Of a stretch of 64,000 bases of DNA, positions 52,077-61,330 are shown one piece after another. How positions within the stretch are numbered: position 1 is the stretch's first letter; each line of letters opens with the position of its first letter. The position numbers and the translations under genes were made by a program. Below the pieces are notes generated by a model. That model did not search any database. It was given only the letters and a program-made list of their open reading frames with translations, and was not told the DNA's origin. The stretch is from Planctomycetota bacterium. GTDB taxonomy: Bacteria > Planctomycetota > B15-G4 > JADJEK01. The DNA is taken from assembly GCA_044225365.1 (NCBI GenBank), contig JBGAIQ010000013.1:32001-96000 (forward strand), written 5' to 3'.

Positions 52077-55000
52077 ATGGAGAGAAACGAACCCGATCGC
52101 GATGTACCGGACGATCCGCTCGCGCGAGCGATCTTCGACTGGCTCGACCCCGAGCGATTCGGATCGATCGAGATCGAGAGAGCGCCCGACAGCCTGATCT
52201 CCGACGACAAGGAGCGTTGGCGTCGTCTCATCTCCGAATCGGGCAAGAGCACGATTCCGCCCATGCCCAAGGCCCCGCCGCCCCCCTACGAGCGAGTGGG
52301 GAACTATCGTCTGCGTGCGCCGATCGGCAGCGGCGGTTTCGGCCACGTCTATCTCGGTGAGGACGAACGCAACGGAAAGCGCGTCGCGGTGAAGTTGCTG
52401 CGTGCCGAGATCGCGATCGATCCGCGCGAGCGCGAGCGATTCCAACGCGAGGCCACCGCCGCACGGCGCGTGAACCATCCCAACTGCGTTCGCGTGCTCG
52501 AAACGGGAGAGATCGAGAACTCTCTCTACACGGTTCTCGAGATCATCGAAGGCGAAGGGCTCGACGAGCATCTGCGGCGCCTGCGCGCGATCGGCCAGAA
52601 GATGACGCAGGAGCGCGCGACCGAGATCGGCATCGAGATCTGCGACGCGCTCGCAGCCGTTCACGCCGAAGGACTCGTCCATCGCGACGTGAAGCCCGCG
52701 AACATAAGGCTCACCCGGGAGGGTCGGGCGGTCCTCGTCGACTTCGGACTCGCGACGGGCGAGGCGCTTGCGGTTCTCACGCGAACGGGCGAATTCATCG
52801 GCTCGCTCCCGTACGCACCGCCCGAGCAGATACGCGACGGAGTCCGCGAAGTCGACGCGCGCGCCGACCTCTATTCGCTGGCGGCTTCGCTCTACGAGTG
52901 CCTGACGGGGCAGACCGTCTTCACCGGCGCGTCGGCCGAGCAACTCGTGTTGTCGATCGTGCAGGACGAGCCGATCTCGCCGCAGCGACTCAATCCGCAG
53001 GTGAGCCGGGAAGCATCGCTCGTGCTCGGCAAGGCGCTCGAGAAGAATGCGGCGCGACGCTACGCAACGGCGAAGGATTTCCAGGCAGACCTCCTCGCTC
53101 TGAAGGCGAACGAGCAGGTGAGCGCGCGCCCACGCAGCCTGATGCGCGGACTCGAACTCACGATTCGCAAGCGTCCGGTCTTCAGCGTCTCCGTCGCACT
53201 CTTCCTCGTCGTCGGGATCGGACTTCCTCTCGCCTTGTTCATCCAGCAGAAGGCGTATGCCGCACGCCTCCGCGGCGAGCGCGACCGAGCGGACTCGCAG
53301 CGTCTCGCCGCGCTCTCGCAGATCGAGATCGATGTCGATCCCGCACGCGCGGGACTCCTGGCGCTCGCGTCGATCGACCGTTCGCCTTCGTTCGAGGGCC
53401 GCAACGCGCTCCTTCGCGCGCTGTCGCAGATGAACGAGAAGAAGACGATTCATGGCCCGTGGCAGCGATTGAACTACGCACTCGCAGTGGGAGACGGCAC
53501 TGCCGCGGTTGCACTCGAACGCAACGGGGATCTCTACTCGATCGATCTGAAGAGCGGCGCGGTGGTGCGTCGCGCCGGGCCCTTCGATCCCAACTGCATG
53601 CTCGCGACGACATCGAACGAAGCGCTCGTCGGCACGCCGACGGGCGTCGTCGAGCGATTCGCGCTCGACGACTTCCGCAAGCTCGAGCCGTGGACGGTGG
53701 GGAAGGCGCCGATCCTCGCGATCGCGGCGACGCACGACGGGCATCGTGCGGTCGTCGCTTGCGGTCGCGCGATCGTGTTCATCGAAGACGGCGTCCAGAA
53801 GACCACGCTCTCGCCGCACGCCAAGCGAATCGGCGACGTCGCGATCTCGCAGAACGGCGACAAGGGATTCAGCGTCGGAGCCGATGGAAAGCTGTTCGAA
53901 TTCGATACGGCGAGCGGCAAGTTCGAGGAACGACTCTCCTTCGGTGAGACCGAACCTCCTCGCCTTTGCCTCTCGCGCGATGATTCTCTGCTCGCTTGCG
54001 GAACCGATACCGACGTCGCGCTCTACGACGTGGCAAAGCATTCGTTGCGGCAGCGAATCGGCGGCCACTACGGACAGAGCACCGTTCTCACGTTTTCGCC
54101 GAAGGCGGACTACCTCGTCGCTTCCACGTCGCGCGAACTTCCCGCGCTGTATCGCGTTTCGGACGGCGAACGCATGATCGCGTATCGCGGCCACACCGAT
54201 CGAGTGAAGAGCATCTCGTTCCTGGGCGATTCGCTGCGCATCCTGACCTGCGGTAGCGAGCTCGATTCCACCCTTCGCATCTACTCGCCGCGTTCCGTAC
54301 TCGACGACGACGTCGTGCTGAATCTCGGCGGCGACGTCTTCTACCTCGAACCGGCAAGGGACTTCTCCGCCTTCATCGCTGGGGAGTATCAAGGGACGAA
54401 GGTGAAGCGAGTCGAACTCGACTCGGACCAGTTGGTCTGGGAATTCGGTGCAGGCGATCCCACGCTCGACCGGGTCCGCTCGATGCGACACGGCGATGTC
54501 TTCATCGTGGTGCGCAACTCCGGCGCGCTCGAGTTCCGACGGATCGCGGACGGGGCCATCGTCGAAACGGTGCAGGGCGTCGCCACGAACATCGAGCCGC
54601 ACTTCGACGAACGGCGCAATCGTCTCCTCGCGAGCATCGACGACAACCTCGTCGCGCTCGACGCGAAGTCTGGCGCAGTCCTCCGTAAGGCCGCGATGGC
54701 GGACGGTGCGAAGGAAAGGATCCACGGCTTCTCGATCGACGCCGATGTCCTCCTCGGCGCCACCGATAGCGGGCGAATCGTCCGGATCGACCCCGAGACG
54801 CTCACGATGGCTGCGATTGCGCAACTCGAGTCGGGCCTTCGCGTGCTCGGAATGGAGATCGATGCCCAGCACGACCGCTTCGTCGCGCAGGTCGTGAACA
54901 TGAACACGTTCGCGTTGCGTCTCGAGTGGTTCGCGATCCACTCCAGCGAATCGCTCGGGCGCACGCCCACTGTCACTTCGCACATCTGGCACACTCACGG

Positions 55001-55406
55001 ATTCGCTGCGGAGGGCAATGAATACGTCTACTCGATCGGCGGATCGCTACACCTGCTCTCGCTGATCGACGGCAGTGAGCGAACGATTGCGAATCCCGAT
55101 ACGGTCAACACTGCGGGGGTATCGGGAGACGATCGCCTCGTCGCCATCGGCACGACGTCGGGATCGATCCGAGTCGTCGATCACGCCACGCTGAAGGCGA
55201 TCGTCGACCTCCCGGCGCACGTTGCGAACGTGAACAAGCTCGTCTTCCACGGCGACGATCACATGCTCTACTCCGCGTCGAGCGATGGAACGGTTCGACG
55301 CTGGCGAATCGATCGCCTGGTCGAGAACGCCCGCGGAGTGTTCCCGAGGGAGCTGTCGCGAGAAGAACGCGAGCACTTCGAGATCGAGGATCACGAGGGC
55401 GAATGA
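52077..55406 (+). CDS. Hanks-type Ser/Thr kinase, TM helix, WD40 beta-propeller (paralog 1)
   Basis: IGSGGFGHVY, VAVK, HRDVKPAN, DFGLA, TRTGEFIGSLPYAPPEQ, TM PVFSVSVALFLVVGIGLPLALF, WD repeats (GHTDRVKSISF, SASSDGTVRRW). Confidence 0.93.
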   Translation: MERNEPDRDVPDDPLARAIFDWLDPERFGSIEIERAPDSLISDDKERWRRLISESGKSTIPPMPKAPPPPYERVGNYRLRAPIGSGGFGHVYLGEDERNGKRVAVKLLRAEIAIDPRERERFQREATAARRVNHPNCVRVLETGEIENSLYTVLEIIEGEGLDEHLRRLRAIGQKMTQERATEIGIEICDALAAVHAEGLVHRDVKPANIRLTREGRAVLVDFGLATGEALAVLTRTGEFIGSLPYAPPEQIRDGVREVDARADLYSLAASLYECLTGQTVFTGASAEQLVLSIVQDEPISPQRLNPQVSREASLVLGKALEKNAARRYATAKDFQADLLALKANEQVSARPRSLMRGLELTIRKRPVFSVSVALFLVVGIGLPLALFIQQKAYAARLRGERDRADSQRLAALSQIEIDVDPARAGLLALASIDRSPSFEGRNALLRALSQMNEKKTIHGPWQRLNYALAVGDGTAAVALERNGDLYSIDLKSGAVVRRAGPFDPNCMLATTSNEALVGTPTGVVERFALDDFRKLEPWTVGKAPILAIAATHDGHRAVVACGRAIVFIEDGVQKTTLSPHAKRIGDVAISQNGDKGFSVGADGKLFEFDTASGKFEERLSFGETEPPRLCLSRDDSLLACGTDTDVALYDVAKHSLRQRIGGHYGQSTVLTFSPKADYLVASTSRELPALYRVSDGERMIAYRGHTDRVKSISFLGDSLRILTCGSELDSTLRIYSPRSVLDDDVVLNLGGDVFYLEPARDFSAFIAGEYQGTKVKRVELDSDQLVWEFGAGDPTLDRVRSMRHGDVFIVVRNSGALEFRRIADGAIVETVQGVATNIEPHFDERRNRLLASIDDNLVALDAKSGAVLRKAAMADGAKERIHGFSIDADVLLGATDSGRIVRIDPETLTMAAIAQLESGLRVLGMEIDAQHDRFVAQVVNMNTFALRLEWFAIHSSESLGRTPTVTSHIWHTHGFAAEGNEYVYSIGGSLHLLSLIDGSERTIANPDTVNTAGVSGDDRLVAIGTTSGSIRVVDHATLKAIVDLPAHVANVNKLVFHGDDHMLYSASSDGTVRRWRIDRLVENARGVFPRELSREEREHFEIEDHEGE

Positions 55407-55425
55407 ACACGGCCAGGACGGACTC

Positions 55426-58400
55426 GTGACGCGAAACGAAGACCCGACTCCGGACGATCCGCTCGCACGCGCGATCTTCGACTGGCTCGATCCGGAGCGA
55501 TTCGGCTCGGGAGAGGTCGAGAAGGCACCCGAGTCGCTCGCCTCCGACGACAAGGAGCGGTGGCGTCGCCTGATCTCGGAGTCGGGGAAGAGCACGCTGC
55601 CGCCGCTTCCGAAGGCGAGTCCGCCCCCCTACGACCGTGTCGGTCCGTATCGACTGCTCGCGCCGATCGGGAGCGGAGGTTTTGGGCACGTCTATCTCGG
55701 CGAGGCCGAGGATGGGACGCGGGTCGCGGTGAAGTTGCTGCGGGCCGAGATCGCTCGCGATCCACGCGAGCGCGAGCGATTCCAACGCGAGGCGACGGCG
55801 GCGCGTCGCGTCGCCCATCCAAACTGCGTCCGCGTTCTCGAGACGGGTGAAATCGAGGACGCAAAGTACATCGTGTTCCAGGTGATCGAAGGCGAGAACC
55901 TCGACGAGTACCTGCGGCGCCTTCGCGCCGTCGGACAGAGGATGACGGAGGAACGAGCACTCGAGATCGGCATCGAGATCTGTGATGCGCTCGCCGCGGT
56001 GCACGCCGAAGGCCTCGTCCATCGCGACGTGAAACCGGGGAACATCCGCCTCACGAAGCAAGGACACGCGGTGCTCGTCGACTTCGGGCTCGCCACGGGT
56101 GAATCCCTCGCCGTGCTCACGCGGACGGGCGAGTTCATCGGCTCGTTGCCGTACGCACCGCCCGAGCAGATTCGCGATGGCGTCCGCGAGGTGGGGCCGC
56201 GGGCCGACATCTACTCGCTCGCCGCGACGCTCTACGAATGCCTCACCGGCCAGACCGTCTTCACGGGCGCTTCCGCCGAACAGCTCGTGCTCTCGATCGT
56301 CCAGGACGAACCGATCTCACCGCAGCGCTTGAACCCGGCCGTCTCACGCGAAACGGCGATCGTCTTGTCGAAGGCGCTCGAGAAGAGCGCGGCGCGTCGG
56401 TACGCAGTCGCAGGTGATTTCAAAGCAGACCTGGTCGCGTTGCGATCCGGCGCCCCGATCGTCGCTCGTCCGCGCAGCATCGTCCGCACGCTCGAACTGT
56501 CGATTCGCAAGCGACCGGTCTTCAGCCTCTGCGTCGCGCTGTTCGCCGTCGTGTGCGTCGGCTTGCCGCTCGCGCTGCTCGTTCAACAGCGGTCCTACAA
56601 CGCGAAGCTGCGCGAGGAGCGCGACATCGCGAATGCGCAGCGACTCGCCGCGCTCTCCCGGATCGAGGCTAGCGTCGACCCCGCGCGCTCCACCTTGCTC
56701 GCGCTCGAATCGATCGATCGCGCGCCGACGATGGAGGGGCGCACGGCGTTGTTCGAGGGCTTGTCGTGGCTCACCGAGGAGAAGACGTACTACGGCGACT
56801 GGGATCGTCTCGCGGGTGCGTGCGCGTTCGACGGGGACACCCGATTCGTGGCGCTCAATCGAAAAGGGGAACTGTTCGACATCGATCGCGCATCGGGCCG
56901 CGCGACCATCGTGGCAAGCGGGTTTCCGCCCTTCTCCGTACTCAGCGGTACGCCGAACGCAGTGCGGATCGGACTCCCGAACGGGACGATCCAGAGGTAC
57001 TCGTTGCCCGATCTCGCGAAGCAGGAGACGGTCGAGGTCGGTGCGTCGCCGGTGACGGCGATCGTCGCGATGCCGAGCTGCGAACGCGTTCTCGCGTTGT
57101 GTGGTCGCGAACTCGTCGTGATCGAGAACGGTGCAGTCGTGAGTCGCTTCAAGCCTCACAAGGGGCCGGTCGGTGGAATCGCGATCGCGAACGACGGCCG
57201 CACGCTCTACAGCGCGGGCGACGACGGAGCGATTCGCGCCATCGACGTCGAAACGCAGGCAATCCGCGATCTCGCGACGATCGAGAGCAGCATGCCGCCC
57301 AAGCTTGCGCTTTCTCCCGACGGCAGCCGTCTCGCGTGCGAGACGGAGACCGACGTGCTCGTGCTCGATCCGCACACGGGATCGGCGCTCTTCCGCTGCG
57401 ACGAGGATCATCGCCAGCTCAGCGTCCTCGCGTTCTCGCGCGATTCGGAACGCCTGCTCGCGGCGGAAGTGGTGGGTGTCGTCAACGTCATGCGCACGAG
57501 CGACGGCGCTCGCGTCGCCACGCATCGCGGTCATACGAATCCGGTGAAGAGCGCGGCCTTCCTCTCCGACTCCCACGACGTGTTCACTTGCGGCAGCGAG
57601 ACCGATTCGACTTTGCGCATCTTCGCCGAACGGACCGTGGTCGAGGACATGACGATCGGACGGAGCGGAAAGGACGCCGTTCGCGTCGACGAACTTCCGA
57701 ACGGAGCGGCTCTCCTCGTACCGAGCGAGTCGGACCGCAGGCTCGATCGCATCGCAATCGACGGATCGGGAATCGACTGGAAACTCGAGTTCGCGGCGGA
57801 TTCGACGATCGACGCCATCGCGCTCCGCGAAGGGTGCGAGATCTTCCTCCTGACCCACGATTCCGGAGACTTCGATTCGAGGAGCGCGATCGACGGCCAC
57901 CTCGTTCGGTCGCTACCCAAGATTCCGAAGCTTCTGAAGCCCAGCTTCGATGCGACGGGCCGCGGGATCGTCACCATCGTCGACGGGGCGATCACGATCC
58001 TCGATTCGATCGACGGCTCCGTTCTCGCTCGCGATCGCCTCGAGTCGGCGTCTCCCGGATGCCGCGTGTTCGCCGCCGCAGCGGGCACGATCCTCGCCGG
58101 GACCGAGGACGGGCGAATCCTCCTCCTCGATCCAAAGACGCTCGAGATCGCCCACTCCATCGCGCTCGGTCAAAAGGCAGTGTGCGCCGCGTTCTACGTC
58201 GATCCGAAGCAGGACCGGTTTGCTGCGCGAATCCTCAGCACGACCGGCGTCGGTGTGCGCTACGAGTGGTACTCGTCGAAGGACGGATCACTCCTCGGTC
58301 GCGTTCCCGAAGTGACGAGTCATTACACGACGCCGTTCGGGCTCGCCCGCCAGGGCTCGCTCTTTCTCTACTCCGTCGGCGACACGCTCCACGTCGTGGA

Positions 58401-58761
58401 GCTCGCGACCGGCAACGACCGCACGATCGTCGGCCAGGTCCGGATCACGGCTGCGACGGTCTCGAACGACGGGCGCTTCGCCGCCATCGGCGATATCGAC
58501 GGCGCGATTCGAGTCGTGGAGTTCGAGTCGGGCGAGGGATTCCTCGACATTCCCTCGCGGGACTTTCGCGTCGAGCACCTCGTGTTCGACACGCACGATC
58601 GCAGCGTGGCCCCGTCGAACTCGTTGGTCGTCGTCTATGACGACGGGATCGTGCGGCGGATCGATCTGCTCGCGTTGAAGGAACTCGCCCGCGATCGAAC
58701 GCCGCGAGTCCTCACCTCCGGCGAACGCGACCGATTCCGGGTCGACGCTTCGCGCAATTGA
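55426..58761 (+). CDS. Hanks-type Ser/Thr kinase, TM helix, WD40 beta-propeller (paralog 2)
   Basis: GTG start 19 nt after paralog 1. Same kinase motifs (HRDVKPGN, DFGLA, GSLPYAPPEQ), GHTNPVKSAAF, YSAGDDGAIR. Confidence 0.93.
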   Translation: MTRNEDPTPDDPLARAIFDWLDPERFGSGEVEKAPESLASDDKERWRRLISESGKSTLPPLPKASPPPYDRVGPYRLLAPIGSGGFGHVYLGEAEDGTRVAVKLLRAEIARDPRERERFQREATAARRVAHPNCVRVLETGEIEDAKYIVFQVIEGENLDEYLRRLRAVGQRMTEERALEIGIEICDALAAVHAEGLVHRDVKPGNIRLTKQGHAVLVDFGLATGESLAVLTRTGEFIGSLPYAPPEQIRDGVREVGPRADIYSLAATLYECLTGQTVFTGASAEQLVLSIVQDEPISPQRLNPAVSRETAIVLSKALEKSAARRYAVAGDFKADLVALRSGAPIVARPRSIVRTLELSIRKRPVFSLCVALFAVVCVGLPLALLVQQRSYNAKLREERDIANAQRLAALSRIEASVDPARSTLLALESIDRAPTMEGRTALFEGLSWLTEEKTYYGDWDRLAGACAFDGDTRFVALNRKGELFDIDRASGRATIVASGFPPFSVLSGTPNAVRIGLPNGTIQRYSLPDLAKQETVEVGASPVTAIVAMPSCERVLALCGRELVVIENGAVVSRFKPHKGPVGGIAIANDGRTLYSAGDDGAIRAIDVETQAIRDLATIESSMPPKLALSPDGSRLACETETDVLVLDPHTGSALFRCDEDHRQLSVLAFSRDSERLLAAEVVGVVNVMRTSDGARVATHRGHTNPVKSAAFLSDSHDVFTCGSETDSTLRIFAERTVVEDMTIGRSGKDAVRVDELPNGAALLVPSESDRRLDRIAIDGSGIDWKLEFAADSTIDAIALREGCEIFLLTHDSGDFDSRSAIDGHLVRSLPKIPKLLKPSFDATGRGIVTIVDGAITILDSIDGSVLARDRLESASPGCRVFAAAAGTILAGTEDGRILLLDPKTLEIAHSIALGQKAVCAAFYVDPKQDRFAARILSTTGVGVRYEWYSSKDGSLLGRVPEVTSHYTTPFGLARQGSLFLYSVGDTLHVVELATGNDRTIVGQVRITAATVSNDGRFAAIGDIDGAIRVVEFESGEGFLDIPSRDFRVEHLVFDTHDRSVAPSNSLVVVYDDGIVRRIDLLALKELARDRTPRVLTSGERDRFRVDASRN

Positions 58762-58915
58762 CGGTCCGCTGACGACATCTCGCGTCGAATCCTCTTCCGA
58801 TTCGACGATCGCTTCCCTTCTGCGACCGCGGAGTCGGTGTGGAGCCGGAATCGCGGATCTCGGACCTGCGATTCTCCCGAGAGTTTCGCGCCGCGCTCCA
58901 CTACATTCCAAGGCG

Positions 58916-59863
58916 ATGACCCACGTCCTCGTCACCGGCGGATCCGGATTCCTCGGCAGCGCGATCGTTCGCGAGCTGCGGGCCCAAGGCCACACGGTCT
59001 TCGCGACCTTCCAGACGCACGAGGATCGGCTGCGAAGTGAGTTCCCCGGCAAGGAGCCCGGTCTCGAATTCGTGGCGATGGACCTCACGAGCGACGAGTC
59101 GATCGAAGCGGCCTTTCGCCGCGCGTGGCCCGAGGCGGTCATCCACACGGCTGCGCTCTCCGAGTTGAAGCCGTGTGAAGTGGATCCGGATCTCGCGCAC
59201 CGCATCAACGTGCAAGCGTCGATCCAGCTCGCGAGAATGACGGCGGCGCTCGGCTCGCGCTTCGTGTTCCTCTCGACCGACCAAGTGTTCGATGGGTCCT
59301 CGACGGCGTACACCGAGGAGGCGCTCGCGAATCCGATCCACAATTACGGCAGGACGAAGCTCGAGGCGGAGCGCGAGATCCATCGCGCCTTGCCCTCGGC
59401 GACGGTCCTGCGCGTCGCGCTCGTCGTGGGCACGAGTCCGAGCGGCGATCGCTCGGCGTCGGAGAAGGTGGTGAACGACCTGCGCGCCGGCAAGCGGCCG
59501 AAGCTCTTCGTCGACGAGATTCGTACGCCGGTCCATGCTCGCGACGTCGCCAAGGCCGCCGTCCATGCGATCCCCGAGCGCGAATTGCCCCTCGTCCACG
59601 TCGCGGGACAAGAAGCGATGTCGCGCTACGATCTCGGACTTCGCGTCGCGCGGGCGTTTCGCCTCGACCCTTCGAGGATCGAGGCTGTCCGACTCGACGA
59701 GGTCGATATGATGCCGAAGCGTCCGCGCAACCTGGCCCTCGAGGCGCGGCGCATGCGTACGGTCCTACGATGCGGCGAGACATCGCTCGACGAGCGTCTC
59801 GCCGAGGACTTTGCGAGGCAGAGTGACAAGAGGGCGGCGGATTCATCCACGGGCAGTGAGTAG
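58916..59863 (+). CDS. RmlD-like SDR oxidoreductase (dTDP-4-dehydrorhamnose reductase family)
   Basis: TGGSGFLG, HTAA, STDQVFDG, YGRTK, F.DE.RTP. Confidence 0.85.
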   Translation: MTHVLVTGGSGFLGSAIVRELRAQGHTVFATFQTHEDRLRSEFPGKEPGLEFVAMDLTSDESIEAAFRRAWPEAVIHTAALSELKPCEVDPDLAHRINVQASIQLARMTAALGSRFVFLSTDQVFDGSSTAYTEEALANPIHNYGRTKLEAEREIHRALPSATVLRVALVVGTSPSGDRSASEKVVNDLRAGKRPKLFVDEIRTPVHARDVAKAAVHAIPERELPLVHVAGQEAMSRYDLGLRVARAFRLDPSRIEAVRLDEVDMMPKRPRNLALEARRMRTVLRCGETSLDERLAEDFARQSDKRAADSSTGSE

Positions 59864-59917
59864 GCAAGGATCGGTGAAGCCGACGCGTTCGACGCGTCGC
59901 GCCGCGCCGCGATCGAC

Positions 59918-61117
59918 ATGAAGTTCGTGATGGTGGTGCTGTCGGGAGTCGCCGATCTCCCGACTCCCTCGCTCGGCGGCAAGACTCCGCTCGCAACGGC
60001 GAAGAAGCCCGCGATGGACGCGCTCGCGGCCCGCGGCCGCGTGGGTTCGATCGCGCCCGATACGTCGCGTCCGACGGGCTCCGACGTCGCCCTGATGCAA
60101 CTCTTCGGCTACGACCCGCTGCGCTATCCGCTGCGACGCGGTCCGCTCGAGGCGATCGGCGCCGGCATCGAATTCGGCGACGACGACCTGGTCGTCCGCG
60201 GGAACTTCGTCTCCCTGTATCACGAAACGATCCAGGATCTCACGGGCGGACGGATCACGGATCGCGAGGCCGAGATCCTCCTCACCGCGCTCGCCGAGGC
60301 GACGACCGACCCGGAGCTGCGGTTCCACCCTCTGCGCGGCTACCGCTTCCTCGTCGTCGTGCGCGGCGGGGCGGCGTTCCGTGTCGCGTTCGTTCCCCCG
60401 CACGAAGTCGTCGGACGGCCGGTGCGCGAGCGGTATCCGCACGGCGCCGATGCGTTGCGATTCGAGCGCGTCCTCGATCAATCGCGCGTCGTCCTCGGGA
60501 ATCACGACATCAACAAGGTCCGCGTCGACCTCGGCGAGAATCCCGCGAACTTCGTGTGGCTGTGGGGCGCGGGATCGAAGGTCGAGCTGCCGTCGTTCCA
60601 GAGCGTGTTCGGCAAGAAGAGCGCCGCGATCGCGGGCTGCGCGCTCGCTCGCGGTCTCGGCGAGAGCCTCGGGATGACGGTGCCCACGGTGAAGGGCGCG
60701 ACGGGCGACCTCGAGACCGATCTCGACGCAAAGGCGAAGGCCGCGATCGCCGCGCTCGACCATCACGACGTCGTCTTCGTCCACGTCCAGGCCGCGAACG
60801 AAGCGTCGCACCTGCGCGATCCAAAGAAGAAGGTCTACTGCATTCAAGACGCCGACAAGCGGCTCATCGGGCCACTCGCCGATGAACTGCAGCGGCACCC
60901 GTCGTGGCGTCTGCTCGTCGCGAGCGATCACGTATCGGCGTCGGCGAAGGACGAACCGACGAGCGGCCGCGCGCCGTTCCTCATCGCCGGCTCCGACATC
61001 GCCGCCGTCCGCGCGTACCCCTTCGACGAAGAACACGCCGCGCAGAGCGACCTGCAAATCGACGTGCCGACGAACCTGATGGAGTACTTCCTGACGGTTC
61101 GCCCGACCTGGCCCTAG
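59918..61117 (+). CDS. ApgM-family (cofactor-independent phosphoglycerate mutase-like) protein with degenerate metal site
   Basis: G.ADLP...LGGKTPL..A.KP.MD.LA..G, GSDVA....GYDP, RGPLEA.G.G, NH.IN..R...G.NPAN.VWLWG.G, G.TG.L.TD. Confidence 0.8.
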   Translation: MKFVMVVLSGVADLPTPSLGGKTPLATAKKPAMDALAARGRVGSIAPDTSRPTGSDVALMQLFGYDPLRYPLRRGPLEAIGAGIEFGDDDLVVRGNFVSLYHETIQDLTGGRITDREAEILLTALAEATTDPELRFHPLRGYRFLVVVRGGAAFRVAFVPPHEVVGRPVRERYPHGADALRFERVLDQSRVVLGNHDINKVRVDLGENPANFVWLWGAGSKVELPSFQSVFGKKSAAIAGCALARGLGESLGMTVPTVKGATGDLETDLDAKAKAAIAALDHHDVVFVHVQAANEASHLRDPKKKVYCIQDADKRLIGPLADELQRHPSWRLLVASDHVSASAKDEPTSGRAPFLIAGSDIAAVRAYPFDEEHAAQSDLQIDVPTNLMEYFLTVRPTWP

Positions 61118-61126
61118 CCACGGCCT

Positions 61127-61323
61127 GGACCGCCACGCTCCAGCGTGGCATATGGATTCCCAAGTCGTAGGAATGCCGGACTGGCCCGGCGGTTCGAGAA
61201 GGCAACGGGAGTTCCGTTCCATACGGATGCCGGGCAGAGCCCGGCGGTCCTGCAGATCGGATCGGATCGGACCGCCACGCTCCAGCGTGGCATATGGGGA
61301 CGCCGGGCATAGCCCGGCGGTCC
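61127..61323. repeat. BIME-like cluster of five GGACC-family palindromes between convergent genes
   Basis: 29-bp direct repeat GGACCGCCACGCTCCAGCGTGGCATATGG at 61127 and 61269. Oppositely oriented related GCCGG...GCCCGGCGGT(C/T)C units at 61175, 61229 and 61302. Confidence 0.85.
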
Positions 61324-61330
61324 GAGGCGA

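Noticed and set aside
52053-54998. 981-aa minus-strand ORF, and similar long antisense or alternate-frame ORFs (25327-27654, 34327-36807, 11587-13467, 13178-15055, 56766-58640)
   Set aside because: Shadow ORFs expected in high-GC coding DNA. They overlap genes with clear family motifs and have no recognisable motifs themselves.
61127-61297. 29-bp direct repeat as a possible mini-CRISPR
   Set aside because: Two copies 142 bp apart with related palindromes in between. Better explained as a BIME-like cluster.
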